A DNA stretch of 64,000 nt, from sequence record SRR20825019_97; one strand, 5' to 3'. Within the stretch, counting starts at the first letter, position 1, and the number at the start of each line of letters is the position of its first letter. Both the position numbers and the translations under genes were made by a program. Positions 40,493 through 50,569 of the stretch are shown one piece after another. The notes beneath the pieces are model-generated. The model was not told the origin of the DNA. It saw nothing but the letters and a program-made list of their open reading frames with translations, and made no database searches.

Positions 40493-41418
40493 GAGGGCAC
40501 CTCCATATCCAGATGCATGCCGTCAAACGACACCTCAATGCCGTGCCTGGCCAGCACGGCCCGTTCCGGAGAGTCTTCGTTGAGAATGGGGTTGGTGTTA
40601 TTGATATGAATAAGGATTTTCCGGCGTGCTGGCATGGTATCCAGCACATCGATCATGCCCCCGGGGCCGCTCTGGGCAAGATGCCCCATTTCCTGACCGG
40701 TACGGGTACCCACCTCGCAGCGCAACATTTCATCGTCGTGCCAAACGGTACCATCCACCAGCAGCGTGTCGGCTTTGCGCATCCACTGCAGAATCTGCTC
40801 ATCGGGCTGCCCGAGCCCCGGGGCGTACATGACGGTTTCACCACTGCGGGTGTCTTCTATGAAAAGCCCAATGTTGTCTCCCGGGTGGGGATTATTCCTG
40901 CGCGGCGAATACGGCGGCGCATTACTGAGTAACGGAATGGCCGTCAACCGCAACGCCGGGGCGCAGGGAATGGAAAAAGACTGTTGATCGGTACAGGGTA
41001 CTTCATGCCACTGGGGGCCACCGCTCCAGTGGGTGAGCATGCGAAACAGTGGAAAGCCGCTGCTCAGATCTTCATGCACCTGGGCGGTACACCACACGTC
41101 CAGGGGCAACCCCTCGCGCAACATCAGCAAACCGGTGGTGTGATCCACCTGGCTGTCGCACAGCAACACCGCGTTAATTCCGGTATCCCGAAGCGCACGC
41201 GCCGGCTGCATGGCATCAAAGCTTGCCAGTTGAGCACGAATGTCAGGAGAGGCGTTGCAGAGAATCCAGTGCACGCCGTCTTCGCTGATGGCAATGGAGG
41301 ACTGGGTACGTGCGCTGGCGTTCAGGGTCCCTTTGCGGAATCCATCACAGTTGGCGCAATTGCAGTTCCATTGGGGAAACCCTCCGCCGGCGGCGGAACC
41401 GAGGATACGAATCTGCAT
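40489..41418 (-). CDS. pqqB: PQQ biosynthesis protein PqqB
   Basis: [32 protein letters not shown]. Confidence 0.97.
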   Translation of the reverse strand: MQIRILGSAAGGGFPQWNCNCANCDGFRKGTLNASARTQSSIAISEDGVHWILCNASPDIRAQLASFDAMQPARALRDTGINAVLLCDSQVDHTTGLLMLREGLPLDVWCTAQVHEDLSSGFPLFRMLTHWSGGPQWHEVPCTDQQSFSIPCAPALRLTAIPLLSNAPPYSPRRNNPHPGDNIGLFIEDTRSGETVMYAPGLGQPDEQILQWMRKADTLLVDGTVWHDDEMLRCEVGTRTGQEMGHLAQSGPGGMIDVLDTMPARRKILIHINNTNPILNEDSPERAVLARHGIEVSFDGMHLDMEVPS

Positions 41419-41436
41419 AACGAAAACTCCAGAAGC

Positions 41437-41464
41437 AAAATGGCCAGCGCACGAGGCTGGCCAT
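41437..41464 (-). terminator. Hairpin / leaky terminator between pqqA and pqqB
   Basis: ATGGCCAGC-ctcgtgc-GCTGGCCAT followed by a short T run. Confidence 0.6.
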
Positions 41465-41470
41465 CACTTC

Positions 41471-41542
41471 TCAGCGGTTGGCGAAGTACATGGTGACTTC
41501 GAAGCCGATCCGCAGGTCTTCATAGGCTGGCTTGGTCCACAT
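41471..41542 (-). CDS. pqqA: PQQ precursor peptide PqqA (23 aa; absent from the ORF track)
   Basis: Translates [23 protein letters not shown], with the E-x3-Y core; GAGG SD upstream. Confidence 0.98.
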   Translation of the reverse strand: MWTKPAYEDLRIGFEVTMYFANR

Positions 41543-41906
41543 AACGCTTACCTCTTGTGATGATTGTTGTGGCATTGAGGATCCGTTAACCGGTTATCCG
41601 GTAACTCACCTTCAATCCTACCCAGTCCACGAAAAGGCAAATATGGTACTTTGGCACTGATTTCCAGCCGATCCGGGCCCTGAAATTCATCCTTTCGACC
41701 CATTCCGGTGAACGACGGCGCAGACACAAAAAAAGGCCCTGGGAAGGACCTAAAAATGGCAGGAAGACCCATCCACCCCCACCAGTCAACTACAACCCGG
41801 TAGAGATGCACCCCGGCCAGACACCGGGGAGGAATGTGCACATCCATGTGCTGACTCGCCACCGGGCCTGTGTGGGAGGGCCCGGGCACAACAGTCATTG
41901 GCGGAC

Positions 41907-43427
41907 TTAGAAGAAGCCCAGCGGGTTGATGTCGTAACTGACCAGCAGGTTCTTGGTCTGCTGGTAATGGTCCAGCGCCATCTTGTGGTTCTCGCGGCCA
42001 ACGCCGGACTTCTTGTAACCACCGAAGGCAGCGTGCGCCGGGTACTGGTGGTAACAATTGGTCCATACGCGGCCCGCCTGGATGGCGCGGCCCATGCGAT
42101 AGGCACGGTTGATGTCGCGGGTCCAGAGACCGGCACCCAGACCGAACTCGGTATCGTTGGCGATGGCCAGGGCTTCTTCCTCGTCCTTGAAGGTGGTTAC
42201 GCCCACCACCGGGCCGAAGATTTCCTCCTGGAACACACGCATGTTGTTCTTGCCTTTGAACAGCGTGGGCTGAACATAGAAGCCATTGTTGTAGGCATCA
42301 TCCATTTCCTCACGGCCACCGCCGGTCAGCACTTCCGCGCCTTCCTGCTTGCCGATGTCGAGGTAGGACATGATCTTGTCGAACTGCTCCTTGCTGGCCT
42401 GAGCGCCGACCTGCACATCGGTATCGAGCGGGTTGCCACGCTTGATGGACTTCGTGCGTTCAACAACCTTGGCCATGAACTCCTCGTACATGTCTTCCTG
42501 TACCAGCGCACGGGACGGACAGGTACAGACCTCACCCTGGTTGAAGAACGCCAGCACCAGGCCTTCCACACACTTGTCGATAAACTCCGGCTCAGCCTGC
42601 ATTACGTCTGAGAAGTAGATGTTCGGAGACTTGCCGCCCAACTCTACAGTAGAGGGGATGATGTTCTCGGCCGCGCATTTGAGAATGTGGGAGCCCACCG
42701 GTGTGGAGCCGGTGAAGGCAATCTTGGCAATACGCTTGCTGGTGGCCAGGGCCTGGCCCGCTTCAATGCCGTAGCCGTTGACGATGTTAACCACGCCTGG
42801 GGGTAACAGATCGCCAATCAGGTCCATCAGGATCAGGATGCTGGCTGGCGTCTGCTCGGCTGGCTTCATCACCGTACAGTTGCCGGCTGCCAGACAAGGC
42901 GCCAGTTTCCACACAGCCATCAGCAGTGGGAAATTCCAGGGAATGATCTGGCCAACCACACCCAGTGGCTCATGGTAATGATAGGCCACAGTGTTGTTGT
43001 CGATGGCGCTGGACGTGTCTTCCTGGGCGCGGATACAACCGGCAAAGTAACGGAAGTGGTCAACCGCCAAAGGAATGTCGGCGTTCAGTGTCTCGCGAAC
43101 GGCTTTGCCGTTATCCCAGGTTTCGGCGACCGACAGCATTTCAACATTCTGCTCGATACGGTCGGCAATTCTCAGCAGGATATTGGAACGCTCAGTGGTC
43201 GAAGTTTTTCCCCACGCTGGCGCGGCCTTGTGGGCGGCATCCAGAGCCAGGTCAATATCTTCGGCCGAGGAGCGGGGGATCTCACAGATGACATCGCCGG
43301 TCACCGGCGTGATGTTTTCAAAGTACTGACCCTTGACCGGGGCGACCCACTCGCCGCCGATGTAGTTCTCGTAACGGGGTTTGAAGGAGACGACGGAGCC
43401 TTCCTTACCAGGTTGTGCGTAGATCAT
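41907..43427 (-). CDS. exaC: NAD-dependent acetaldehyde dehydrogenase (ExaC/AldB/PedI type)
   Basis: [46 protein letters not shown]. Confidence 0.93.
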   Translation of the reverse strand: MIYAQPGKEGSVVSFKPRYENYIGGEWVAPVKGQYFENITPVTGDVICEIPRSSAEDIDLALDAAHKAAPAWGKTSTTERSNILLRIADRIEQNVEMLSVAETWDNGKAVRETLNADIPLAVDHFRYFAGCIRAQEDTSSAIDNNTVAYHYHEPLGVVGQIIPWNFPLLMAVWKLAPCLAAGNCTVMKPAEQTPASILILMDLIGDLLPPGVVNIVNGYGIEAGQALATSKRIAKIAFTGSTPVGSHILKCAAENIIPSTVELGGKSPNIYFSDVMQAEPEFIDKCVEGLVLAFFNQGEVCTCPSRALVQEDMYEEFMAKVVERTKSIKRGNPLDTDVQVGAQASKEQFDKIMSYLDIGKQEGAEVLTGGGREEMDDAYNNGFYVQPTLFKGKNNMRVFQEEIFGPVVGVTTFKDEEEALAIANDTEFGLGAGLWTRDINRAYRMGRAIQAGRVWTNCYHQYPAHAAFGGYKKSGVGRENHKMALDHYQQTKNLLVSYDINPLGFF

Positions 43428-43538
43428 GGTCTCGACCTCTTGTTGTGTTTGTCGCAGGACAACGCGGTCTTGCGCGTTTACCTATTCAATGTAGACCCCG
43501 GCACTGGATAGTTGAATGATTCGATGGAGGTGAAAAAC

Positions 43539-44195
43539 TCATCCCTTGGTAGTAAACGCCAGGGCATGGAGGTGGGAAATTACCACCTGTTCGGCAGTGT
43601 CCACGACGTCAGGAGGGAATTCGCCCTCTATCCCAAGCCTGCGTAGTAATGGGAAGCGGCCTACAAGGAAAAAGACAATCTGACCCATGACGGTATGGGC
43701 CTCGATGATGACCCGGCGCTCGTCGGGTGACCGGTCCATCACGACCGCAATCAGGCGGGTCAAGTGCACATGGACACGTTCGAAGGTTTCCTCGTAGAGG
43801 ATATCAAACGCCTCAGTGGGACTGGCCTGTTCGCGCATCACCAACATGAGCCAGCGGCGAGCCTCCGGGGCCTGGGCGAACTGGCGAACCATGCGTTTCA
43901 CGATGAGTTCGAGTTGGGCCAGGGCCTGATCGCAATCACTGGCGCTTGCAGCCGATTGCTCGCCAGTAAAACCGAAAACTTCTCTCATGCGCCGGGCAAT
44001 ATGCCGGGCAATGGCGTGGTACAAGCCAGTCTTATTATCGAAGTAATAGGCAATGGAGCCGATATTAGAATCGGCGGCTTCGGCAATCATGCGGGTCGTG
44101 GTGCCTTTGAAACCATATTGACCAAACAACTCCATGCCCGCCAGGATCAGTTTTTGGGCGGTTTCGTCTTCGGCTTTGCCCGGCTCGTTTGCCAC
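43539..44195 (-). CDS. TetR-family regulator (CecR-like)
   Basis: LFGQYGFKGTTTRMIA...IAYYF HTH; MREQASPTEAFDILY C-terminal domain; GTG start after GGAG. Confidence 0.88.
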   Translation of the reverse strand: MANEPGKAEDETAQKLILAGMELFGQYGFKGTTTRMIAEAADSNIGSIAYYFDNKTGLYHAIARHIARRMREVFGFTGEQSAASASDCDQALAQLELIVKRMVRQFAQAPEARRWLMLVMREQASPTEAFDILYEETFERVHVHLTRLIAVVMDRSPDERRVIIEAHTVMGQIVFFLVGRFPLLRRLGIEGEFPPDVVDTAEQVVISHLHALAFTTKG

Positions 44196-44214
44196 TGCTT
44201 TCTCTCCAAATGCA

Positions 44215-47200
44215 CTATGTTGTCTCGGTTGCATGAGGCATCTTCCCTGATTCGCGGGCAAAAAAGTAGGTGTACAGCACCGGCACCACGCCCAGACTCA
44301 TCAGGGTTCCCAGGCCCAAACCAAAGGCCATGGCGCTGGCCATGGCATAGAATAGCGGATCTTTACCCACAATCAGCGGCAACAGTCCGAGGATGGTCGT
44401 GGCAGCCGACATGACAATGGGCCTGAGCCGTCGAACGGAGGCGCGGACAACGGCCTCCTGCAGCGAATGCCCCTCGTCACGACGTTCCCGGTCGATTCGT
44501 TCGATCAGCACGATGGCATTATTGATGATAATGCCGGCCAGGCTGTAGATCCCCAAAAGTACCATGAACCCGAAATCCGCCCGCAATGCCAATAGGCCTA
44601 TTGATACGCCCAGTATCACCAGGGGAATGGTGACCACGATCAACAGCGGGCGCTTGTAGGAATTGAACTGGGCTACCAGCAGGATCAGGATCAACCCCAG
44701 GCACAATGGCAGGTTGGCTTGCATCGAGGCCTGCCCTTCGGCGGACTGCACCACCACGCCGTCAAACTCAACCCAATGGCCCGGCGGCAAAGAGGCCTCC
44801 AGGGATCTCAGTGTTGGGGTAATGCGAGGCATCATGTCCTCGGCAGTCAAAGCATCGTTTCGTCCTTCGATGGTAATGGCGCGAACCAGATTGTGCCGGT
44901 CGATCCGGTAGTAGCCATCGTCCAGCCCGATTGTCGCCACCTGGTTCAGGGGAACACCCTCACCAGGGTCGTTCAGCGGGTAGACCACTAGCGATTTCAG
45001 GCGCTCCAATCGGGACCTCACTTCAGGCGGGTAACGCAACACAATGGGCACCAGGGTGTCGCCCTGGCGTAACTGGCTCAGTTGATAACCATCAATGGCT
45101 CCTTTCAGCGAGCTGGCAATATCGGCAGAGGTGACACCGGCGCGATCCGCCTGTGCCTGGTTAACCTCGATACGCAATGACGGTATGCGTGCTTCCCAGC
45201 TCTGACGCACGTCCCTGCCCCCCGGCATAGCGCGGAGTTCTGCCTCCACCTTTGCCGCAGTATCGTAGAGCACCTCTCGGTCTGGCCCCTTGACCAGAAT
45301 CTCCAGCAGGTTGGAATCTGAAGGCCCGAGGAACATCCGGGTGACCTGGGAGGACAGTTGCGGAAACTCCTTAGCCAGCAGTTGCCGCGCCGCTGTCATC
45401 ACCGATGCCATCTGGTCCCTCTTTGCCACGTTCAACACCAGGAAGCCTCTATTCGGCGCCGGATCGATGGGGGTGAGTGACAACACGAACCTGGGACCAC
45501 CAAATCCGGCGTAGGCCGCCACACCCGTCAGTTTGTCGCCCAGAGATTCGGTGAGTGACCGGCTGACCGCCTGAACCTGCTGGTCCGTTGCAGAGGGCGC
45601 ACTGTCAGATGGCAGATCCAGGTAGACCAATACCTGATGCCGGTCTGAATCGGGAAAGAACTTCTTGGGCACCACCTGCATCAATCCAATACCCAGCAAC
45701 AGCAAAGCCACCACCGCTATCAGGAATAACGGCCGATGCCGCAGGCAGCGTCTGAGCACTACCTCATACCCACTGGACATAGCCCGGAACAGGCGCTCGG
45801 ATAATGCCGCCGGCCCGGTTTGTTGCTGAGGTGCACTGCTATCGGAATCATCAGCGGGGCGTTGCATGAAGCGATGACACCATATCGGCACCACTGTCAT
45901 CGACAGCAGCCAGGACGTCAGCAACGACAGGGCAATCACTATTGATATCGACCGGGTATATTCGCCCGAGACATGTTCCGCCAACATCAGTGGCAGGAAG
46001 ACCAGAATGGTGGTCAGCGTGGACGACAGAAGGGGCATGGCCAGTTCACCCCCAGTCTGTTTCAGCGCCAAGTCACGAGACGTACCCTCCGCCAGGCGGA
46101 CTTTGAAGTCCTCCGCAACGACGATCGCGTTGTCCACCAACAGCCCCAGGGCAATGACGAGGGTTGCGAGGCTCATGCGCTGCAACGTCATGTCGAAGAG
46201 CCCCATCAATGCCAGGGTTACGAGCATGACTGCTGGTACCGTTGAGCCGACTATCAGGCCGGTGCGAATGCCCAGAAACAGAACCACAACCGCCAGAACA
46301 ATAGCCAGGGTCTGTATCACACTGAGGCTGACGCCATAGACCGCATTGGCCACCTGGTCCGCCTGGAACGTCATGATGTCCAGATTATAGCCCGCCGGCA
46401 GGCTGGCCCCGATGTTGTCCAGGCGAGCCCTTACGGCTTCGCCGTAATCAAGGACGCTATAGCCATCAGCCATGGAGATGGCAAATACAATTGCACGCTT
46501 GCCATTGTGGTAAGCGGTGTTAGCGGGAGGATCCAGGTATCCCCGATTGACCGCTCCAAGGTCCGCCAGGCGAAGGGAGCCACCATCGGGCAACCGAATG
46601 TCCGATGCCCGCAGGGCTTCCAAGTCCGGAAACGCACCCGACACCTGCAGTGCCAGCCGCTGCTCTCCGGATTCCATAACTCCCGCCGGTGAGATAACGT
46701 TTCGATCACTAAGCTGTGAGGCCAACTGAACCGGCGTCAGCCCAAGATTGGCAAGGCGGGATTCACTGACATCGATGTAGATGCGTTCCGGCTGCACACC
46801 ATGCAACTCCACCTTACGGGTTCCCTCCACACCATACAGACGGGCGCGCACATGTTCGGCAATCTGCAGTTGTTCAGCCTGGCTGAACTGATCTGAGGTG
46901 AGCGCAGCAGTGACCACGGCCACATTACCGAAATCGTCATTGACGACTGGCGCCTCAGTCCCCTCCGGTAATTGACTGCGGGCACTCTCCACCTTCTGGC
47001 GCACGTCATCCCAGATCTGAGCCAGATCGAAGTAGCGATCCTGAATCTCAACATGAATCAGTGACTGCCCCCGCATCGAGGTGGACCGGATATGCTCCAC
47101 CTCGGCAACCTGTCGAATCCGGGTTTCCAGCGGCTTGGTGATCCATTCCTCGACCTGCTCGGCGGGTAAGCCAGCAAAACGGGTACTGACCACCGCCTCG

Positions 47201-47328
47201 CGGACGGTAATACTGGGATCTTCCCTGGTGGGAAGCGAGAGGTAGCTGAACGCGCCAAAGAACATGGCGGCCACGGTGGCCAACAGGACAACCGGACGGA
47301 AACGGAACGCGAGCTGGGAGAGGTTCAT
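44215..47328 (-). CDS. RND efflux transporter permease (AcrB family)
   Basis: REDP.IT, VNDDFG, GLLVDNAIVV, GIIINNAIVL, RLRPIVM; about 1037 aa. Confidence 0.95.
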   Translation of the reverse strand: MNLSQLAFRFRPVVLLATVAAMFFGAFSYLSLPTREDPSITVREAVVSTRFAGLPAEQVEEWITKPLETRIRQVAEVEHIRSTSMRGQSLIHVEIQDRYFDLAQIWDDVRQKVESARSQLPEGTEAPVVNDDFGNVAVVTAALTSDQFSQAEQLQIAEHVRARLYGVEGTRKVELHGVQPERIYIDVSESRLANLGLTPVQLASQLSDRNVISPAGVMESGEQRLALQVSGAFPDLEALRASDIRLPDGGSLRLADLGAVNRGYLDPPANTAYHNGKRAIVFAISMADGYSVLDYGEAVRARLDNIGASLPAGYNLDIMTFQADQVANAVYGVSLSVIQTLAIVLAVVVLFLGIRTGLIVGSTVPAVMLVTLALMGLFDMTLQRMSLATLVIALGLLVDNAIVVAEDFKVRLAEGTSRDLALKQTGGELAMPLLSSTLTTILVFLPLMLAEHVSGEYTRSISIVIALSLLTSWLLSMTVVPIWCHRFMQRPADDSDSSAPQQQTGPAALSERLFRAMSSGYEVVLRRCLRHRPLFLIAVVALLLLGIGLMQVVPKKFFPDSDRHQVLVYLDLPSDSAPSATDQQVQAVSRSLTESLGDKLTGVAAYAGFGGPRFVLSLTPIDPAPNRGFLVLNVAKRDQMASVMTAARQLLAKEFPQLSSQVTRMFLGPSDSNLLEILVKGPDREVLYDTAAKVEAELRAMPGGRDVRQSWEARIPSLRIEVNQAQADRAGVTSADIASSLKGAIDGYQLSQLRQGDTLVPIVLRYPPEVRSRLERLKSLVVYPLNDPGEGVPLNQVATIGLDDGYYRIDRHNLVRAITIEGRNDALTAEDMMPRITPTLRSLEASLPPGHWVEFDGVVVQSAEGQASMQANLPLCLGLILILLVAQFNSYKRPLLIVVTIPLVILGVSIGLLALRADFGFMVLLGIYSLAGIIINNAIVLIERIDRERRDEGHSLQEAVVRASVRRLRPIVMSAATTILGLLPLIVGKDPLFYAMASAMAFGLGLGTLMSLGVVPVLYTYFFARESGKMPHATETT

Positions 47329-47335
47329 GACCACC

Positions 47336-48436
47336 TCAATGGAACTGTTGTGGGCCCTGGCCCAGAATGCTGACGCGGTCACCTATCGAGACAAACTCGA
47401 CACCGCGCGCGACAACTTTCTGCCCCACTTGCAGGCCCCCGGTGACCACCACCTCGCCGTCTGCTACCGAGAGTACTTTCACCGGCACGGAGACCAGTTG
47501 GTTAGCGTCATCAAGCCGCAGAACCCGGGGCTCACCCAGGACTGGGTATAACAGGGAAGTCAGTGGCACACGAAATGAGTCAACCGACGTGGTCATGCTA
47601 TCGGCCGCTATCTTGAACGAAACTTCAGCGGTCATACCAGAGCGAAGCCCCGCCATGGACCCAGTCATACGGAGGATAACCGGGTAATCATTCCCGTCAG
47701 CGGCGTGACTGCCAATGTGTGTTACCCGCGCAGTCGTCTGTGCGCCGTCCAGTGCGGGCACTGACACTGACTGGAGGCTTTCTTCCTGAACCTGCCCGAT
47801 GACGTTCTCCGGCACCCGGGTCAACACGTCAAAACCGTCGCCACTTGAAACAAGGTTGAAGATGACCTCGTTGGCCGCCACTCGTTGCCCGGGTTCAGCG
47901 CGCCTGCGTGCCACAGTGCCATCGAACGGTGCCTGCAGGCTTGTCTGTTCCAAATCCCGCGCTGCCAGTTTCCGGGACGCGACGGCGGAGTCCACCCTGG
48001 CCCTGGCGCCAGCCACGGCTGCCTCTGCGTTTTCCAGGGTAGCTTCACTGGTATGCCCGCCCTGGCGCAGCCTTGTCAGCCGCCGTAGCTCGCGCTGAAC
48101 GTCAGCAAGGCCTGTCCTGGCCTCCACCTCTGCCGCCTGACTGCGTTCATACGTCAGTTGGTAGCGCTCGCCATTCAACCTTGCGAGGGTATCGCCACGC
48201 TGAAAGGCATCGCCAACATCCAGGGCCAGATACTCCACCTGGCCAGTTACTTCAAAGCTCAGCGTGGTTCTTCGGCTTGATTCCACCCGGCCCGGCAAGG
48301 TCATCCAGGACATCGATTCAGCCGGCTCAACATTTGCCACGTCCACTAGCCGTGGCGAAGACGAGGTATCCAGTGGTTCAGAAGCCGGCGAGCAGCCGGC
48401 CAGTATCAGCACCGCAAGAATGATTACCAGCACCAC
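47336..48436 (-). CDS. RND periplasmic adaptor (MFP), lipoprotein
   Basis: LAGC lipobox, LSFEVTG, helical hairpin, LQAPFDG, LRSGMT. Confidence 0.9.
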   Translation of the reverse strand: MVLVIILAVLILAGCSPASEPLDTSSSPRLVDVANVEPAESMSWMTLPGRVESSRRTTLSFEVTGQVEYLALDVGDAFQRGDTLARLNGERYQLTYERSQAAEVEARTGLADVQRELRRLTRLRQGGHTSEATLENAEAAVAGARARVDSAVASRKLAARDLEQTSLQAPFDGTVARRRAEPGQRVAANEVIFNLVSSGDGFDVLTRVPENVIGQVQEESLQSVSVPALDGAQTTARVTHIGSHAADGNDYPVILRMTGSMAGLRSGMTAEVSFKIAADSMTTSVDSFRVPLTSLLYPVLGEPRVLRLDDANQLVSVPVKVLSVADGEVVVTGGLQVGQKVVARGVEFVSIGDRVSILGQGPQQFH

Positions 48437-48449
48437 AAGCCACCCCTAT

Positions 48450-48489
48450 TTAATCATCTGATTAAGGCATCGTATAATCATTTGATTAA
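48450..48489. promoter_or_regulatory. Tandem palindromic operators (likely for the TetR regulator)
   Basis: TTAATCA-tc-TGATTAA (48450-48465) and ATAATCA-tt-TGATTAA (48474-48489). Confidence 0.8.
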
Positions 48490-48508
48490 AACTGAAAGGA
48501 TGTACCAT

Positions 48509-48535
48509 AAAAAAAGGGCTGCCTTTCGGCAGCCC
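48509..48535 (-). terminator. Terminator after pedH
   Basis: Minus strand GGGCTGCC-gaaa-GGCAGCCC-TTTTTTT. Confidence 0.88.
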
Positions 48536-48572
48536 CTTCTAGACCCGATACCGAGTCGGTAAACTCCAGGGA

Positions 48573-50348
48573 TCAGTTGCTCGCAACACGATCCTTCGGC
48601 AGCTTGAACGTCCAGACCATACCGCCCTGGTTGAAGTCCTTTACCACCTTGGCCACTTCACCGCCCCAGAGCGGAACCGCCCCACCCCAGCCAGAGGCCA
48701 CAGAGACATACTGCTCGCCGTCCATGGTCCAGGTGACAGGCGTACCCACAACGCCGGAACCGGTGTTGAACTTATACAGCTCTTCGCCGGTCTTGGCGTC
48801 AAAAGCCTTCAGATAGCCTTCGGGCGTACCAGTGAAGACAAGGTTGCCAGCGGTTGTCATCACACCACCCCACAGCGGAGCGGTGTTTTCATAACGCCAG
48901 ACTTCCTTGCCGGTCTTTGGGTCTATGGCACGGAGCACGCCGATGTAATCGTCATTAGCTGGCTTGATGGTAAAGCCCGCACCCAGGAAAGCCGCGCCTT
49001 TCTTGTAGGAAACTGGCTCGTTCCAGATATCCATGGACCATTCATTGGACGGCACATAAAAAAGCCCGGTGTCCTGGCTATACGCCATGGGCATCCAGTT
49101 CTTGCCGCCAAGGAACGCCGGCTGGGCAACAACCACCTCACCTTTACTTCCCTCCATGGCGGAAGGATCGCCCGGGCGGCCACCGTCCTTGAAGATCGGA
49201 CGACCGGTCTTCGGATCAAGGCCTTCAGCCCAGGTGATCTTGTCCACGAATGGGAAGCCGCGAATAAAGTCGCCGTTCTCACGGTTCAGAACGTAGAAGA
49301 AGCCGTTACGGTCAGCGGTTGCCGCCGCTTTCACGGTTTTGCCCTTTTCTTTGTAATCGAACGAAATCAGCTCGTTGACACCATCGTAGTCCCAGCCATC
49401 ATGAGGCGTGGTCTGGAAGTGCCATTTGATACTGCCATCGTCCGGATCGATTGCCACCCGCGAGGATGAGAACAGGTTATCGCCAGGGCGCAGGTGTGAG
49501 TTCCAGGGTGCCGGGTTACCGGTTCCGAAGAACAGGGAGTCGGTGTCCTGATCATAGGTGCCACCCAACCAGGTCGCAGCACCGCCGTTCTTCCACATAT
49601 CACCCGGCCAGGTCTGTCCGGCTTTGCCGCCGGAAATGCCGTTTTCAACCGCCTTGCCATCTTTGTAGACATAGCCCATATGGCCTTCAACGGTCGGGCG
49701 CATCCACACCAGCTCACCGGTATTGGCGTCGTAGGCTTCCACCTTGCCGACAATACCGAACTCACCACCGGAAACGCCGGTAATCACTTTGCCTTTGACA
49801 ACGATAGGTGCGGCAGTAATGGCATAACCCGCCTGGTAGTCGGCAACCTTCTTGATCCACATGGGCTTGCCGGTATCTTTGTTCAAAGCGACGAGTTTGG
49901 CATCGAGAGTACCGAAGATAACCTTGTCGTCGTACAGGGCAACGCCACGGTTAACCACATCACAACAGGGCATGATGCCGTCGGGCAAACGCGCGTCGTA
50001 CTGCCAGATCTCCTCGCCGGTTCTGGCATCAATAGCGTAAACACGGGAATAGGAGGCGGTCACATACATCACGCCATCCTTGATCAATGGCTGCGACTCC
50101 TGGCCGCGCATTTTCTCGCTGCCAAACGAGAACGCCCAGGCTGGCTGGAGGTATTGAATGTTGCTGGTGTTAAGGTCTTCCAGGATACTGAAGCGCTGAC
50201 CCTGGGTACCCATGCCGTAACTGACAATATCGCCCGGCGTTTTATGATCGTTCATGATGTCTTCGTCGGTGACCGCTTGGGCCCCATACGATACCGCCAG
50301 CGCCAGGGCACTGGCCGCAATGCGAATCCCGAACTTGTTCGATGTCAT
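48573..50348 (-). CDS. pedH: PQQ-dependent alcohol dehydrogenase, lanthanide-type (PedH-like)
   Basis: Signal peptide, PCCDVVNRG, active site WDYDG with the extra Asp, PAFLGGKNW. Confidence 0.88.
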   Translation of the reverse strand: MTSNKFGIRIAASALALAVSYGAQAVTDEDIMNDHKTPGDIVSYGMGTQGQRFSILEDLNTSNIQYLQPAWAFSFGSEKMRGQESQPLIKDGVMYVTASYSRVYAIDARTGEEIWQYDARLPDGIMPCCDVVNRGVALYDDKVIFGTLDAKLVALNKDTGKPMWIKKVADYQAGYAITAAPIVVKGKVITGVSGGEFGIVGKVEAYDANTGELVWMRPTVEGHMGYVYKDGKAVENGISGGKAGQTWPGDMWKNGGAATWLGGTYDQDTDSLFFGTGNPAPWNSHLRPGDNLFSSSRVAIDPDDGSIKWHFQTTPHDGWDYDGVNELISFDYKEKGKTVKAAATADRNGFFYVLNRENGDFIRGFPFVDKITWAEGLDPKTGRPIFKDGGRPGDPSAMEGSKGEVVVAQPAFLGGKNWMPMAYSQDTGLFYVPSNEWSMDIWNEPVSYKKGAAFLGAGFTIKPANDDYIGVLRAIDPKTGKEVWRYENTAPLWGGVMTTAGNLVFTGTPEGYLKAFDAKTGEELYKFNTGSGVVGTPVTWTMDGEQYVSVASGWGGAVPLWGGEVAKVVKDFNQGGMVWTFKLPKDRVASN

Positions 50349-50569
50349 GGTTGCGCTCTCCAAGTCTCTTGTTTTCGGTGCGATCGTTTTTGTTTCAGGA
50401 TGAACCGGGAACTTTTCCCGCCTCTGAAGTGATTCTTCGCTTTGGGACGAAAACCAACAATTACCCCCCGGCACTGGTTTTCTCATCACTTGGTATTACT
50501 ACCTCCAAAAACAAAGCCCGCGAGGGCGTCGCGATCTTGATGTGTCGCTCTGAGTGAAACGGGTTTTCA

